Assembly (NCBI GenBank): GCA_040767195.1
Contig: JAXGPA010000002.1
Span: 224,001 to 288,000 of the forward strand
Origin: Syntrophales bacterium
GTDB lineage: Bacteria; Desulfobacterota; Syntrophia; Syntrophales; UBA6807
Reading direction: 5' to 3'
Length of the DNA stretch: 64,000 nt
This document shows, piece after piece, positions 9,607-19,353 of this stretch; position 1 is the first letter of the stretch, and each line of letters begins with the position of its first letter. Made by a program: the position numbers and the translations under genes. Below the pieces are notes generated by a model. That model was not told the DNA's origin, searched no databases, and worked only from the letters and a program-made list of their open reading frames with translations.

Positions 9607-9924
9607 ATGAAAAAAACGGTTTTGACTTTTTTGACTATCGCCATCGCCTCCTGTTTCATTTTCGCCACCCCGGCCATGGCGGGACCGGACCGAGATCGGC
9701 CGTTTCATCAGCAGAAACGGATCCACCGGGAAACCCGGTGCGGTGAACACCCGCGGGGGGAAGCGGGCAAGATGGAATGGAAGAAAAGGGATTTTCGGGC
9801 CCACAAGCGAATGTCCTGGAGAGACGATCTCCTGTCATGGCATGGGAAAGCCTTCCCGGGGTGCCGCCGGGATGGGGCGAGCCGTCATGACCACGGCTTC
9901 AGGCCCTGGGACCGGAAAAGATAG
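9607..9924 (+). CDS. Small secreted basic His/Arg-rich hypothetical protein
   Basis: Signal peptide MKKTVLTFLTIAIASCFIFATPAMA; AGGAG RBS; first gene of the ECF module. Confidence 0.65.
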   Translation: MKKTVLTFLTIAIASCFIFATPAMAGPDRDRPFHQQKRIHRETRCGEHPRGEAGKMEWKKRDFRAHKRMSWRDDLLSWHGKAFPGCRRDGASRHDHGFRPWDRKR

Positions 9925-9968
9925 TCTCCGTGGACATCCCCCCGGGGAAGGGGTAAGATCGGACTACC

Positions 9969-10640
9969 ATGGCACCGAACCGTCAACCCGAACCGGCCCC
10001 TCTCCCCGGGGGGGCCCATGATACCGCCGATCTCGTCCGGGAGGCCCGGCATGGCGGCCAGGGGGCCTTCGTAAGACTGGCGGAAATGTATCGGGAAGAG
10101 ATATATCGCATGGTTTACTACAGGACCCGCTCGCCCATGGACGCCGAAGACCTGACCCAGGACATCTTCCTCAGGGCCTTCGAAAGGATCGGAGGACTCC
10201 GGGACGGCGATGCCTTCCGGAGCTGGCTGTTCCGGATCGCCGTGAACCGGGTGACGGACTTTCAGCGGCAAAAAAGAGTCCTCTCCTGGCTCGGCCTCGC
10301 CCCCCGAAAGAGAGAAGACGAGGCCTTACCCGAAGGAACCGCCGAGCCGGAAGCCCCCCTTTACCTGGAAAAAAAGGAATTCTGGGAGAACTTCCAGAAA
10401 TTTGTCAAAAGGCTGTCCCCCATGGAAAGGGAAGTCTTCATCCTCCGGTTCCTGGACCACCTGGACATCGCCGCCATCGCCCGGGTCCTGGGAAAGAAGG
10501 ACAGCACCGTGAAAACCCACCTTTATCGAGGGCTGGAAAAATTCCGCCGGGAGGAGGCCTTCATGGAATTCGGGGCTTTCCGGGCTACCCGGGCAGGCGA
10601 ATCGATAACGAAACAGGGGACGGAGGAAGAACAACCGTGA
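9969..10640 (+). CDS. ECF RNA polymerase sigma factor
   Basis: Region 2 'DAEDLTQDIFLRAF...FRSWLFRIAVN'; region 4 'LSPMEREVFILRF...TVKTHLYRG'. Confidence 0.92.
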   Translation: MAPNRQPEPAPLPGGAHDTADLVREARHGGQGAFVRLAEMYREEIYRMVYYRTRSPMDAEDLTQDIFLRAFERIGGLRDGDAFRSWLFRIAVNRVTDFQRQKRVLSWLGLAPRKREDEALPEGTAEPEAPLYLEKKEFWENFQKFVKRLSPMEREVFILRFLDHLDIAAIARVLGKKDSTVKTHLYRGLEKFRREEAFMEFGAFRATRAGESITKQGTEEEQP

Positions 10641-11188
10641 AAGAAGGCAGGGACGGCCATCTCGATGAAAGGGAGATTCTCCAGGCTTTTCTGGGAGAGG
10701 GGGACCTCCCGGCGGAAAGAAAAGACCACCTTGCCGCCTGTCCCCTCTGCCGGCGGGAAAAGGAACGCCTCGAGAACGCCCTTGCGTCCCTGCAACAAAA
10801 GGCGTCGCTCTTCACGCCCGGGCCCTCCCGCCCGGTCACCCTGGAACGGAAGAGGCGCGCTTTCCCCGCGGGCCTGCCACCCCTCCGGGCCGCCCTCGGC
10901 GGCGCCGTTCTCGCCGCCGTGGCCATTTTTCTTCTCTGGGGGAGAGACTCCGGTATCCTTTTTCGAAACGGAGGCGGCACGGCCTTTCCGGAGACCGATC
11001 CCCTCATGACCGAAGTGGCCTTGCTCGTGGAAAACCCGCTTCCCCCGGTGGTGATGGACATGGTTGCCGAAGAGAAGGTCCCCGGTGACGAGGACTTTTT
11101 CCACTTCGTCGCCCCCCTCCCTGAAGAAGAACCAGGGACGGACACCCGCATGAAAGGAGAAATTCCGTGGAAAGAAAATTACTGCTGA
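10637..11188 (+). CDS. Probable zinc-binding anti-sigma factor, single TM
   Basis: HxxxCxxC motif 'HLAACPLC' plus an upstream His, one TM segment; overlaps the sigma stop. Confidence 0.75.
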   Translation: MKEGRDGHLDEREILQAFLGEGDLPAERKDHLAACPLCRREKERLENALASLQQKASLFTPGPSRPVTLERKRRAFPAGLPPLRAALGGAVLAAVAIFLLWGRDSGILFRNGGGTAFPETDPLMTEVALLVENPLPPVVMDMVAEEKVPGDEDFFHFVAPLPEEEPGTDTRMKGEIPWKENYC

Positions 11189-11625
11189 AAACGGCCTCCG
11201 CCCTTTTCCTGTTTCTGGCCCTCGTTCTGGGACCCTTGAGCGCCGTCGCCCAGGAGTTCCCCATGGGCAAGTGGTGGCATGACCGGAGGGCCGTCGGGCA
11301 GCTCGACCTGACGGACGATGAAATTCGCGTTCTCGATGAACAATACGTGAAGACCCGGCGGAACCTTTTCGACCTGAAGAAAGAGGTGGACCGCCAGCAA
11401 TTCGAACTGGACACGCTTTTGGAAAAAGAGTCGTCCACCCGGCCCGAGCTCGTGAGCCAGTTCGAAAAACTCGAAGACGCCCGGGCGGACCTGTCCCGGG
11501 AGCGGTTCAGCTTCATCCTCGAGGCTCGAGAGACCCTCGGCCCGGACCGTTTCATGAAACTGAAGCTGTTCTTCGACGCTCTCCGGGGCTATCGCGGCGA
11601 AGGGCCGGGAAGAAAAACCCGCTGA
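11167..11625 (+). CDS. Periplasmic Spy/CpxP/ZraP-like protein
   Basis: Signal peptide; 'GKWW...LDLTDDE' and C-terminal 'RETLGPDRF' resembling LTxxQ motifs; helical. Confidence 0.7.
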   Translation: MERKLLLKTASALFLFLALVLGPLSAVAQEFPMGKWWHDRRAVGQLDLTDDEIRVLDEQYVKTRRNLFDLKKEVDRQQFELDTLLEKESSTRPELVSQFEKLEDARADLSRERFSFILEARETLGPDRFMKLKLFFDALRGYRGEGPGRKTR

Positions 11626-11675
11626 CAGGAATTTTCAGGTTAACCGACGCCACGGCACTGCCTCTCCAGGTGACG

Positions 11676-13511
11676 TCACCGTCTCCCGGGCCCTTCCCCT
11701 CCCGGCTCCCCGACCTTTCCCGGCCCGGGGGCCGGGAGGTTGTCTTCCGCCTTTTTCCGCCAGGCCTCCGCCTCATCCGTTTTTCCCTGCCTTTCCAGGG
11801 CCTGGGCCAGTTCGCGATAAAGGTCCCCGCGGTGTTCCGGCGCGTATTTCACGACAAAGGCGAAGTGTTTTTCCGCCCCCTCGACATCCCCCTCCAGGAG
11901 GGCCAGCCGGCCCAGTTGAAAGTGGGCGTTCACGGCCTTTTGCAGGCCGATGGGGTAATACCCCCTTTCCCGGTCCTCGGGAATCGCGAGGGCCCGGCGG
12001 AAAGAGGCGGCGGCCTTCTCCGTGTCACCACCCCGGAGCGACGCCTGTCCGAGAAAATACAGGGCCACGCCGTAATGGGGCCGGATCTCCAGGGCCGCCT
12101 CGTAATGGGCCGCGGCCGCGTCCACCGCGCCTTTCCCGAGAAGAACGTTCCCTAAATTCACCTCCATGAGGGCGCTGCCGGGCACGACGTCGACGGCCCG
12201 CCTGAAAAGGGACTCGCTGTCCTTCCAGTGGGATACCTGCGAAAAGGTTATGGCCGCCAGGGCCGCGAGAACGACACCGCCGGACGCGGCGAGGAAAGCC
12301 CGTTTCCGCCGCCACCCCCCGAGAAGGTCGGGGACCCCCCAGGCGGCGATGATGAAAAGGCCGACCAGGGGAATGTAGGTATAACGGTCCGCCACGGCAT
12401 GGGATCCCACCTGGACGATCCCGATCATGGGAACCAGGGCCAGGAGATACCACAACCAGCCCGTTACCAGGAAGGGGCGGCGCTTTGCCGCCCTGAAAAC
12501 CAGGAAAGACAGGACGGCCAGGAAAACGGCCGCCGCCGCCGCCTTCAGGTGAAGCACCTGGGGCCCCATGGCCGGCCAGTCCGGAAGGTCCATGGGATGG
12601 GGGTAATAAACGGCCAGAGACAGGGGCCAGACCGTTTTCCAGATGTAAACGACATAAGAATACAGAGCGTTTTCCACCCGCACCGCCAGGGGGATGGCGT
12701 CGAGGGAACGAACGGCGCCCCCGTAATACTGGGCCAGGAAGGTCATGACACTTGACAACAGGGCCAGGCCAAGAAAAGGGGCCTTCTCGAGAAGCAGGCG
12801 CCCCGTGGACGAACCGCCGCCTTCCGGCGCCGCCGTTTTTTTTCTTTTTCTTTCCCCCCCGGCGGGCACGGCGGGCGGCGGCGGGCCCCATCTTTCCAGG
12901 GGCCAGTAATCAAGCAGGAGGAGCAGGAAGGGGAGCGTGACCAGGGTGGGCTTTGAAAGGAGGCTCAGGGTGTAAAGGAGAAGGGCCGCCAGGTAGAGAG
13001 CTCTCCCCTTTCTCTTTGCATACAGAAAATAAAGGGCGATACACCCGAAACCGAAGAAGGCGCTGAGAAGGTCTTTCCGCTCCGATATCCAGGCCACGGA
13101 CTCCACGTGAAGGGGGTGAAGGGCGAAGAGAGCGGCCACGAAGGCGCTTCTCCGGATAGCGCCGGTGCCGATTGCGAGAAGAAGAAACAACAGAATGGTA
13201 TTCGCCCCATGGAAAAAAACGCCGGCCAGGTGGTGACCGCCCGGGTTCATGCCGAAAAGGGACACGTCGGCCATGTGTGAGATCCAGGTCAGGGGATGCC
13301 AGTTGTAGGAATGAAAAGTCCGGAAGGCCCAGCGTATCCCCTCGGGACGAAGCCCTTCCTTAACGGCGGGGTTCGCCGTGACGTAAAGATCGTCGTCCAG
13401 AACGAGGAAGTCGAAACGGGCCGTCTGAAGATAGGGGACACAGGCGGCGAGGAAAAGAAGAAGGGAGAGAAGAACGATCCCGCCATGCTTTTTTGAGATG
13501 AACCTTGACAT
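11676..13511 (-). CDS. TMTC-like GT-C membrane glycosyltransferase with C-terminal TPRs
   Basis: 'DDDLYV', 'WHPLTWISH', 'FALHPLHVESVAWISERKD', 'ADRYTYIP' and a TPR tail. Confidence 0.8.
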   Translation of the reverse strand: MSRFISKKHGGIVLLSLLLFLAACVPYLQTARFDFLVLDDDLYVTANPAVKEGLRPEGIRWAFRTFHSYNWHPLTWISHMADVSLFGMNPGGHHLAGVFFHGANTILLFLLLAIGTGAIRRSAFVAALFALHPLHVESVAWISERKDLLSAFFGFGCIALYFLYAKRKGRALYLAALLLYTLSLLSKPTLVTLPFLLLLLDYWPLERWGPPPPAVPAGGERKRKKTAAPEGGGSSTGRLLLEKAPFLGLALLSSVMTFLAQYYGGAVRSLDAIPLAVRVENALYSYVVYIWKTVWPLSLAVYYPHPMDLPDWPAMGPQVLHLKAAAAAVFLAVLSFLVFRAAKRRPFLVTGWLWYLLALVPMIGIVQVGSHAVADRYTYIPLVGLFIIAAWGVPDLLGGWRRKRAFLAASGGVVLAALAAITFSQVSHWKDSESLFRRAVDVVPGSALMEVNLGNVLLGKGAVDAAAAHYEAALEIRPHYGVALYFLGQASLRGGDTEKAAASFRRALAIPEDRERGYYPIGLQKAVNAHFQLGRLALLEGDVEGAEKHFAFVVKYAPEHRGDLYRELAQALERQGKTDEAEAWRKKAEDNLPAPGPGKVGEPGGEGPGRR

Positions 13512-13564
13512 GATTTACCGTTTCTTTTACCTTTTCCCAAAAAATAAAGGCGTTCAGAGTTTTT

Positions 13565-15085
13565 ATGGCCAGGCGGCGGGAAAAAAGGAGATCCGGCACC
13601 GCTTCTTCACTGGATAAAACACAAGGGGCGGAGACATCAAGGGAAAAATTGTTTTCCCTCCTGATCCTCCTGTCTTTTCTCTATTTCGCCGCCCGGCTCG
13701 TCTATTTCGCCGTTCACGTCGCCCACGGCATTCCCCCCGACGAGGACTTTCACTACGGTCTCTGCCGTGTCTACGCCGGGGCCCTTCTGCTCCCCGGAAG
13801 CGGGGACGCCGATCCCGCTTTCGGCCCCGCGACCCACATTCCCTACCTGTATTATTTTCTCATGGGGAAGATGCTCTCACTGAATGTTTTTCCCCTTTCG
13901 GACCTGGTGTTCCTCCGTCTTGTCAACGGCCTCCTGGCCCTTTTGACGGTGTACACGGGGTATCGCTGGATCCGCCTGATGACCCCGAACCCCCTGGTCC
14001 ATCTTTTTTTCGTCGTCCTTCTCACGAACACCCCCATGTTCAGTTTCCTGGCCGCCGCCGTTTCCTATGACAACCTGACGAACCTGCTGGCCGTGTCGAC
14101 CCTCTTCTTTTTCCACGCCTACCTGAAAAAGAAAGACTCGGAGGCCCTCCTCTGTTTTTTCATCTCCCTCATGGCGGGAACCCTGACCAAAAAAACCTTC
14201 TTTCCCCTCGTGCCGGTTTTTGTTCTCCTTCTCCTTTTTCATGAGCGTAAAAACCTCCGCGCCCTGGCGCGGGCCATCGTCCCCGGGACCGGGACTTTTT
14301 CGAAACGCCGTTTCGGCTTCACGGCCCTCGCCGCCCTTCTTCTCGTTCTCAACGGCACCCTCTACATGGGCAATTACGCCCGGTACGGCACCCTCTTTCC
14401 CGGCGCCTCCCAGATTCTCGGGAAGGAGGAGGCCATGAAATTCCGGATCTATGCCCGGGACAGCGTCACGTCCCGGTATCGTGCCGGTAAAATCAGCTTC
14501 GAGGACGCTCTCGAGCAGGCCAGGGCCATTCCCCACCCCGGGGACCGGATGGATGCCCTCTATCTTCTCGAAAGGGCCAGGAGATACAAGGAGCAGCCCT
14601 ATCCCCTGATGAACCGCCTGGAGTACGTCGGGACATGGCTGACCATCGTCCTGAACCGGACGGTGGGGATCTTCGCCCACCAATCCCTCCGGAAATATGG
14701 TCATCCCTTCACCGTGTACATCGGCATATACCTTTTTGCCCTCATCCTTCTCATCCCCACCTGGCGCCCTTCCGACGGGGAAGGCATGACCACCGACGCC
14801 CTCGTGCTTTTTTTCTTCTACGCCGTCGTCCTCATGCAGTTCGTGAATTATCCCATCTACCTGCAAAGCCTGACGGTGGGAAAGACCGTTCACGGGCGGT
14901 ACCTGTTTCCCGTCATCGTGCCCTTTTACGGAATCATGAGCTTCTACATGCTGAAGCCTTTCGGCCGGAAGATCCAGCTCGGTCTCGTCGCGGTCGTCTC
15001 CCTCTATTTCATCTGGGGGGATTTTCCTTATTTTCTCATGAATGCCGGTCCCCAATGGTTCGCCCAGGGTGCCGGTCCTTTGTAA
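13565..15085 (+). CDS. Polytopic membrane protein, GT-C (ArnT/PMT/DUF2142-like)
   Basis: 'PPDEDFH' acidic loop after TM1, 'HIPYLYY', 'VSYDNL', 'HGRYLFP'; many TM segments. Confidence 0.65.
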   Translation: MARRREKRRSGTASSLDKTQGAETSREKLFSLLILLSFLYFAARLVYFAVHVAHGIPPDEDFHYGLCRVYAGALLLPGSGDADPAFGPATHIPYLYYFLMGKMLSLNVFPLSDLVFLRLVNGLLALLTVYTGYRWIRLMTPNPLVHLFFVVLLTNTPMFSFLAAAVSYDNLTNLLAVSTLFFFHAYLKKKDSEALLCFFISLMAGTLTKKTFFPLVPVFVLLLLFHERKNLRALARAIVPGTGTFSKRRFGFTALAALLLVLNGTLYMGNYARYGTLFPGASQILGKEEAMKFRIYARDSVTSRYRAGKISFEDALEQARAIPHPGDRMDALYLLERARRYKEQPYPLMNRLEYVGTWLTIVLNRTVGIFAHQSLRKYGHPFTVYIGIYLFALILLIPTWRPSDGEGMTTDALVLFFFYAVVLMQFVNYPIYLQSLTVGKTVHGRYLFPVIVPFYGIMSFYMLKPFGRKIQLGLVAVVSLYFIWGDFPYFLMNAGPQWFAQGAGPL

Positions 15086-15115
15086 CGATGAGAAGGGTTT
15101 CAGGACAAGCGCGTC

Positions 15116-16300
15116 ATGAAAAAAAAAGACCCCATCCTTGAACGATGGAAAGCCGGCGTCTCGGATTTTCTCTATGACCGTCTGGAACCCGTGGCCGTAC
15201 GATACCGGGGCATCCTGAAAAAAGTTGCTTTTATCGGTATCACGGGGAGTTATGCCAAAACCACGACCAAGGACCTCATCGCGGCCATTCTGAGAGGCCG
15301 AGCCCGAACCACGGCGACGAAGGGCACCTTGAACAGCCCGCCCCAGATCATCAAGACGATTTTCCGGACAACGCCTTTTCACCATGCCTGCGTTATCGAG
15401 CTGGGAGCGGGCGGACCGGGGAGCCTGGACCGGGGCATCAGGCTCGCCGCCCCTTCCATAGCGGTCATCACCCATGTGGGCCTGGACCACTACAGCGCCT
15501 TTCGATCCCGGGAGGCCGTGGCCGTCGAAAAATCGAAACTCGTCGCCGCCCTTCCTGCCACGGGCGTCGCGATCCTGAATGCCGACGACCCCCTGGTCCT
15601 GGCCATGGGGGAAAAAACAGGCGCCAGAAAGATCCTTTACGGCATCCAGTCTCCCGAGGCCGACCTGCGGGCCTCCCACATCCGATCGTCGTGGCCGGAC
15701 CGGCTCACCTTCACCGTGCACGCAGACGACAGGGCCTTCCCCGTGGAAACGAAGCTCTGCGGCAAACACTGGGTCCCAGCGGTCCTGGCGGCCCTGGGCA
15801 CCGCCCTGGCGATGAATCTGACCCCGGAAGAGGCCCTCCCATCCATTGCGGCCTTCGACCCCCCCGAAAGAAGGATGTCCCCCCTTCCTCTGGGTTTGAA
15901 CATCACCATCATACGGGATGACTACAAGGCCCCTTATCTTTCCGTTCCCTCATGCCTGGACTTTCTGAGGGATGCCCAGGCGAAAAGAAAGATCTTCATC
16001 CTCGGCACCCTGTCGGACTACCCGGGAGACTCCTCGAGAAAATACAAAAGGGTTCTCAAAGAAGCGCTCTCGGTGGCCGAAAAGGTTTTTCTGGTCGGAC
16101 CCTTTCGGGCCCATATCGCAAGCAAGTTGAGTGAAACGGGTTTCGCCGGCCGTACCCGTGGATTTGTCAGCATGGATGACCTGGCCAGGCATCTGTGTGA
16201 AACATCGGAACCGGGAGACCTCATTCTGACCAAGGGAGCCCGTAACCCGGACCGGTTCGACAGACTCGTCGACATCCTGCAAAAAAGACTTCCGTCATAG
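15116..16300 (+). CDS. Mur ligase family protein (MurF-like, lacking the N-terminal domain)
   Basis: 'IGITGSYAKTTTKDL', 'VITHVGLDH', 'ILNADD', 'IIRDDYKA', 'GDLILTKG'. Confidence 0.8.
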   Translation: MKKKDPILERWKAGVSDFLYDRLEPVAVRYRGILKKVAFIGITGSYAKTTTKDLIAAILRGRARTTATKGTLNSPPQIIKTIFRTTPFHHACVIELGAGGPGSLDRGIRLAAPSIAVITHVGLDHYSAFRSREAVAVEKSKLVAALPATGVAILNADDPLVLAMGEKTGARKILYGIQSPEADLRASHIRSSWPDRLTFTVHADDRAFPVETKLCGKHWVPAVLAALGTALAMNLTPEEALPSIAAFDPPERRMSPLPLGLNITIIRDDYKAPYLSVPSCLDFLRDAQAKRKIFILGTLSDYPGDSSRKYKRVLKEALSVAEKVFLVGPFRAHIASKLSETGFAGRTRGFVSMDDLARHLCETSEPGDLILTKGARNPDRFDRLVDILQKRLPS

Positions 16301-18196
16301 GCCGTCGACGCACTTCCGGAACCACAACTCCGTCATCACCAGGCGCCAGAGCTGCTCCGGCCTCGGGAAACGATGATAAACCGGCGGGCGGCCTCGCGGC
16401 GGCAGAAGAAGACGCAGCTTTTTTTCGTCCAGAATCCCCCTCTGAAGGCTCCGGGCGGACAGGAGGAGATCCCGGATTTCCTCGTAATTGCCCGGCATGG
16501 TCATCCATCGAAACACCGGAGCGGGCATGCCGAGCTTCCGCCGGCGGAACCGGATCGGGGCAGGAAGGTCCTTCGAAAAGGATCTGCGAAGGAGACTCTT
16601 TGTCCACCCGTCGCTGATCTTTTCGTTCCAGGGAAGGCGGAAACAGAAGCGGACCAGCTTGGGATCCAGAAAGGGCATTCTCAGATCCAGGGCGAAAGCC
16701 CGGCCCAGGACATGGGAGGATCGAAGCATCTCGGGAAGGCCGGAGTACCGGAAGGTGAGCCACAAGGCGTTGTTCAGCCGGCTTTCAAAGGGTTTTTCCA
16801 CATCGGAACGAAACCATGTTTCGGGGCATCTCTCCGGCGGCACCGGAGGATGGGAAAAAACGAAATCCCGGTTCAAAACGGAAGTCAAGGGCCACAGATT
16901 TGTGGTGACCTTCCGGAAGAATAGCTGTACCAGCAGGATCCGTAACCAACCCAGGGGAGAGGGAATCATTTCCATCAGTCCAAGAATATCGGAAATCAGA
17001 CCCGCCTCTTTCTTCCTTTCCTTTCCATCCCGGAGAAAGACCCGATCCGCCAGATAGGGGACAACGAGATTGGGATACCCCGCCAGCAGCTCGTCGGGAC
17101 CCGTTCCGTCGAAAACCGTGTCTCCGTGACGGACCGCTTCCTTGAACAGGAACCACTGGGCGAACCGGCCCCTGAGAGGTGTCGGTTCGTCGTGAACCCG
17201 GACGATATCCGCCATTGTCGTCAGCATGTCCCGGGGATCGGGCGTCACCCAGTGAATATCGTATTTTTCCGGGTTATCAGCAGCTGCGGCTGTGTAAACG
17301 CTTTCGTCCAGGTCTCTGTCTTCATCATAACGAAGGGCGACGCAGGAAACTTTCTTTTTCGTCATCCCGGCAAGGGTTCTCAAAAGAACCGTGGAATCGA
17401 GGCCGCCGCTTGTGAAAACGGAGAAGGGGCGGGCTTCTTCTGTCTGCCGGGAGATCGCCTGCCTCACGAGAGTCCGGAACGCTTCGTCGAGACCTTCACG
17501 GGAAATTTCCTCCTCCCCGAGGGGGGACCAGTATTCGGTGGTCTCCCGCTTCCCGGATTGGATAACGAGAAACGATCCCGGCGGCACGGACCGGATGTTA
17601 CGAAAGAAAGTCTCCTCCCCGGCGTCGGGGGACCCGCCTTCCAGGAACCAGCAAAGCTCCCGGTGATTGACCTGCCTTTCCTCCGGAAAGGCGGCGTGAA
17701 TGGCCCCGGTCTCCGAGGCGAATACAAAACGGTCGGGGGATGCGGCATAAAAGAGGGGTCTCATTCCCAGGGGGTCCCGGGCGATGGTCAGGCGCTCCGA
17801 CCGCCCGTCCCAGAAAGCCATGGCCCAGACACCTCGAAAACGGGAGAAGCACGCCGGTCCCCAGACTTCGTAGGCCCTGATCAGGATCTCCTCCGGGACG
17901 GGAGAGCGGAGCCGCACACCTTTTCCCGCCAATTCATCTCTCAGCTCATCTGCGTTCCAGAGGGTCCCGTCCCAGACAACCCGGAGGGGCCCCCTGGCGA
18001 AACCGCCTTCCTGCTCCATTTCGGAAAAGACCGGGGGAAAACAGCGGTGCTGGACGAGACCCACGCTTTTCCGGAAAAAAATCTCCCCTCTTCCGGAACG
18101 GGGCCGCGAAAGGCTTTCCGACAGGATCTCCAGGGCGGCCCGGGGGACCGTCTCGCCCGAAAGATTCCAGATGCCACCGACCCCCGCCAGGGTCAC
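16295..18196 (-). CDS. Asparagine synthase-like amide ligase with a degenerate glutaminase domain
   Basis: 'ARDPLGMRPLFY', 'FASE', 'SGGLDS', 'DGTGPDELLAGY', 'RMPFLD'; N-terminus reads VGGI instead of MCGI. Confidence 0.85.
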   Translation of the reverse strand: MTLAGVGGIWNLSGETVPRAALEILSESLSRPRSGRGEIFFRKSVGLVQHRCFPPVFSEMEQEGGFARGPLRVVWDGTLWNADELRDELAGKGVRLRSPVPEEILIRAYEVWGPACFSRFRGVWAMAFWDGRSERLTIARDPLGMRPLFYAASPDRFVFASETGAIHAAFPEERQVNHRELCWFLEGGSPDAGEETFFRNIRSVPPGSFLVIQSGKRETTEYWSPLGEEEISREGLDEAFRTLVRQAISRQTEEARPFSVFTSGGLDSTVLLRTLAGMTKKKVSCVALRYDEDRDLDESVYTAAAADNPEKYDIHWVTPDPRDMLTTMADIVRVHDEPTPLRGRFAQWFLFKEAVRHGDTVFDGTGPDELLAGYPNLVVPYLADRVFLRDGKERKKEAGLISDILGLMEMIPSPLGWLRILLVQLFFRKVTTNLWPLTSVLNRDFVFSHPPVPPERCPETWFRSDVEKPFESRLNNALWLTFRYSGLPEMLRSSHVLGRAFALDLRMPFLDPKLVRFCFRLPWNEKISDGWTKSLLRRSFSKDLPAPIRFRRRKLGMPAPVFRWMTMPGNYEEIRDLLLSARSLQRGILDEKKLRLLLPPRGRPPVYHRFPRPEQLWRLVMTELWFRKCVDGL

Positions 18197-19353
18197 CCTT
18201 CATGACCTCCCAGGATCTCGTAATTCTTCAGGGCTCTTTCGTTCCAGTTTTTCATCCGTTTCCGGAAGAGGGCTTCCGTTTCCTTCCTTCGTTGCCAAAG
18301 CACGGAAAAGCGTTCCCTGAGCAGGGGGCCGTCCAGGCTTTCAACGGGAAGATAACCCGACTCGAGAGACAGCACCTCGAAGACCCCCTGACCCTTCGCC
18401 GGGGTGATGGCGATTCCCATGACGGGAACGCCGGAAGAGGCGGCCAGGATGAGGGCGTGCATGCGGACGGCGATGACCGTGTCCATGAGACCCAGGACAG
18501 CCTTCAACTCTTCCGGGGTATAGTCGCCCTTCAGAACAAAGGTCCGTTCCCGGTTACACAGCTTTTCCCGGATTTCTTCCGAGTACCGGTCGTCGTCCTG
18601 GCCGTAATCGTCTTCACTTCTTGCTTTTCTCATGGGAACGAAGACAAGGCGGACCCCCCAGTCGTCGACAAGGGAATCGAGAAAACGGACATAGGCCCGA
18701 TCCGTTCGATCCGCCCGCTGCCTGTCTTCCACCGAAACACGCCGGGTGGAACCGGGAAGAAACCGGTGGGAAAAATGAAACCACCGCCGCAGGGAAATAC
18801 CGACAGCGGGCGTTTCATCCTGGGGGATGCCTTCCGCCTCCAGGATCGCCCGCCCCCTGTCGCGACCCGCCGAGGGAAGGGAAAACGCCAGGTCCGCCGT
18901 GAGTTCCATCTTGTCATCCCGCACCCCGAGTTGTTCAAGCAACTCCATGGAAAGCCTGTCTCTCACACCGATCCGTTCAGCCATGTTGACTACCGGTCCC
19001 GTGACGGCCTTTCCCAGGGAGGATTCGACAGGCCCGGCGCCGACTCCGAGGCAGAAAACTTTTTTTCCGAGACTCTTGGCCACCCCGATGAGAAACAGGC
19101 CGAAAAGGAGAAAAAACTGGCTCGTGAGGTCCTGAAAGGGATGCCCGCCGCCGAGGATGACGGTGTCGCAACCTACGATGGCCCGGAGCAGTTTCAGGAC
19201 CCGGCGGGGCGACCGGGTCCCCGAGTAGGAAAAAACCTCTATCCGGGCATCCGGGAATCGTTCGCGAAGGTCGGGAAGCATGGCGCGAAGAATCGCCTGG
19301 TCCCCCTTGTTGGCGGAGTCGACGCCGTCATTGCAAAGGACGATTTTTTTCAC
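18193..19353 (-). CDS. Polysaccharide pyruvyltransferase family protein (CsaB/WcaK-like)
   Basis: 'NKGDQAIL', 'ILGGGHPFQD', 'GVGAGP', 'IGVRD', 'RMHALILA'; start placed at GTG 19353, which overlaps the upstream stop. Confidence 0.85.
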   Translation of the reverse strand: MKKIVLCNDGVDSANKGDQAILRAMLPDLRERFPDARIEVFSYSGTRSPRRVLKLLRAIVGCDTVILGGGHPFQDLTSQFFLLFGLFLIGVAKSLGKKVFCLGVGAGPVESSLGKAVTGPVVNMAERIGVRDRLSMELLEQLGVRDDKMELTADLAFSLPSAGRDRGRAILEAEGIPQDETPAVGISLRRWFHFSHRFLPGSTRRVSVEDRQRADRTDRAYVRFLDSLVDDWGVRLVFVPMRKARSEDDYGQDDDRYSEEIREKLCNRERTFVLKGDYTPEELKAVLGLMDTVIAVRMHALILAASSGVPVMGIAITPAKGQGVFEVLSLESGYLPVESLDGPLLRERFSVLWQRRKETEALFRKRMKNWNERALKNYEILGGHEG

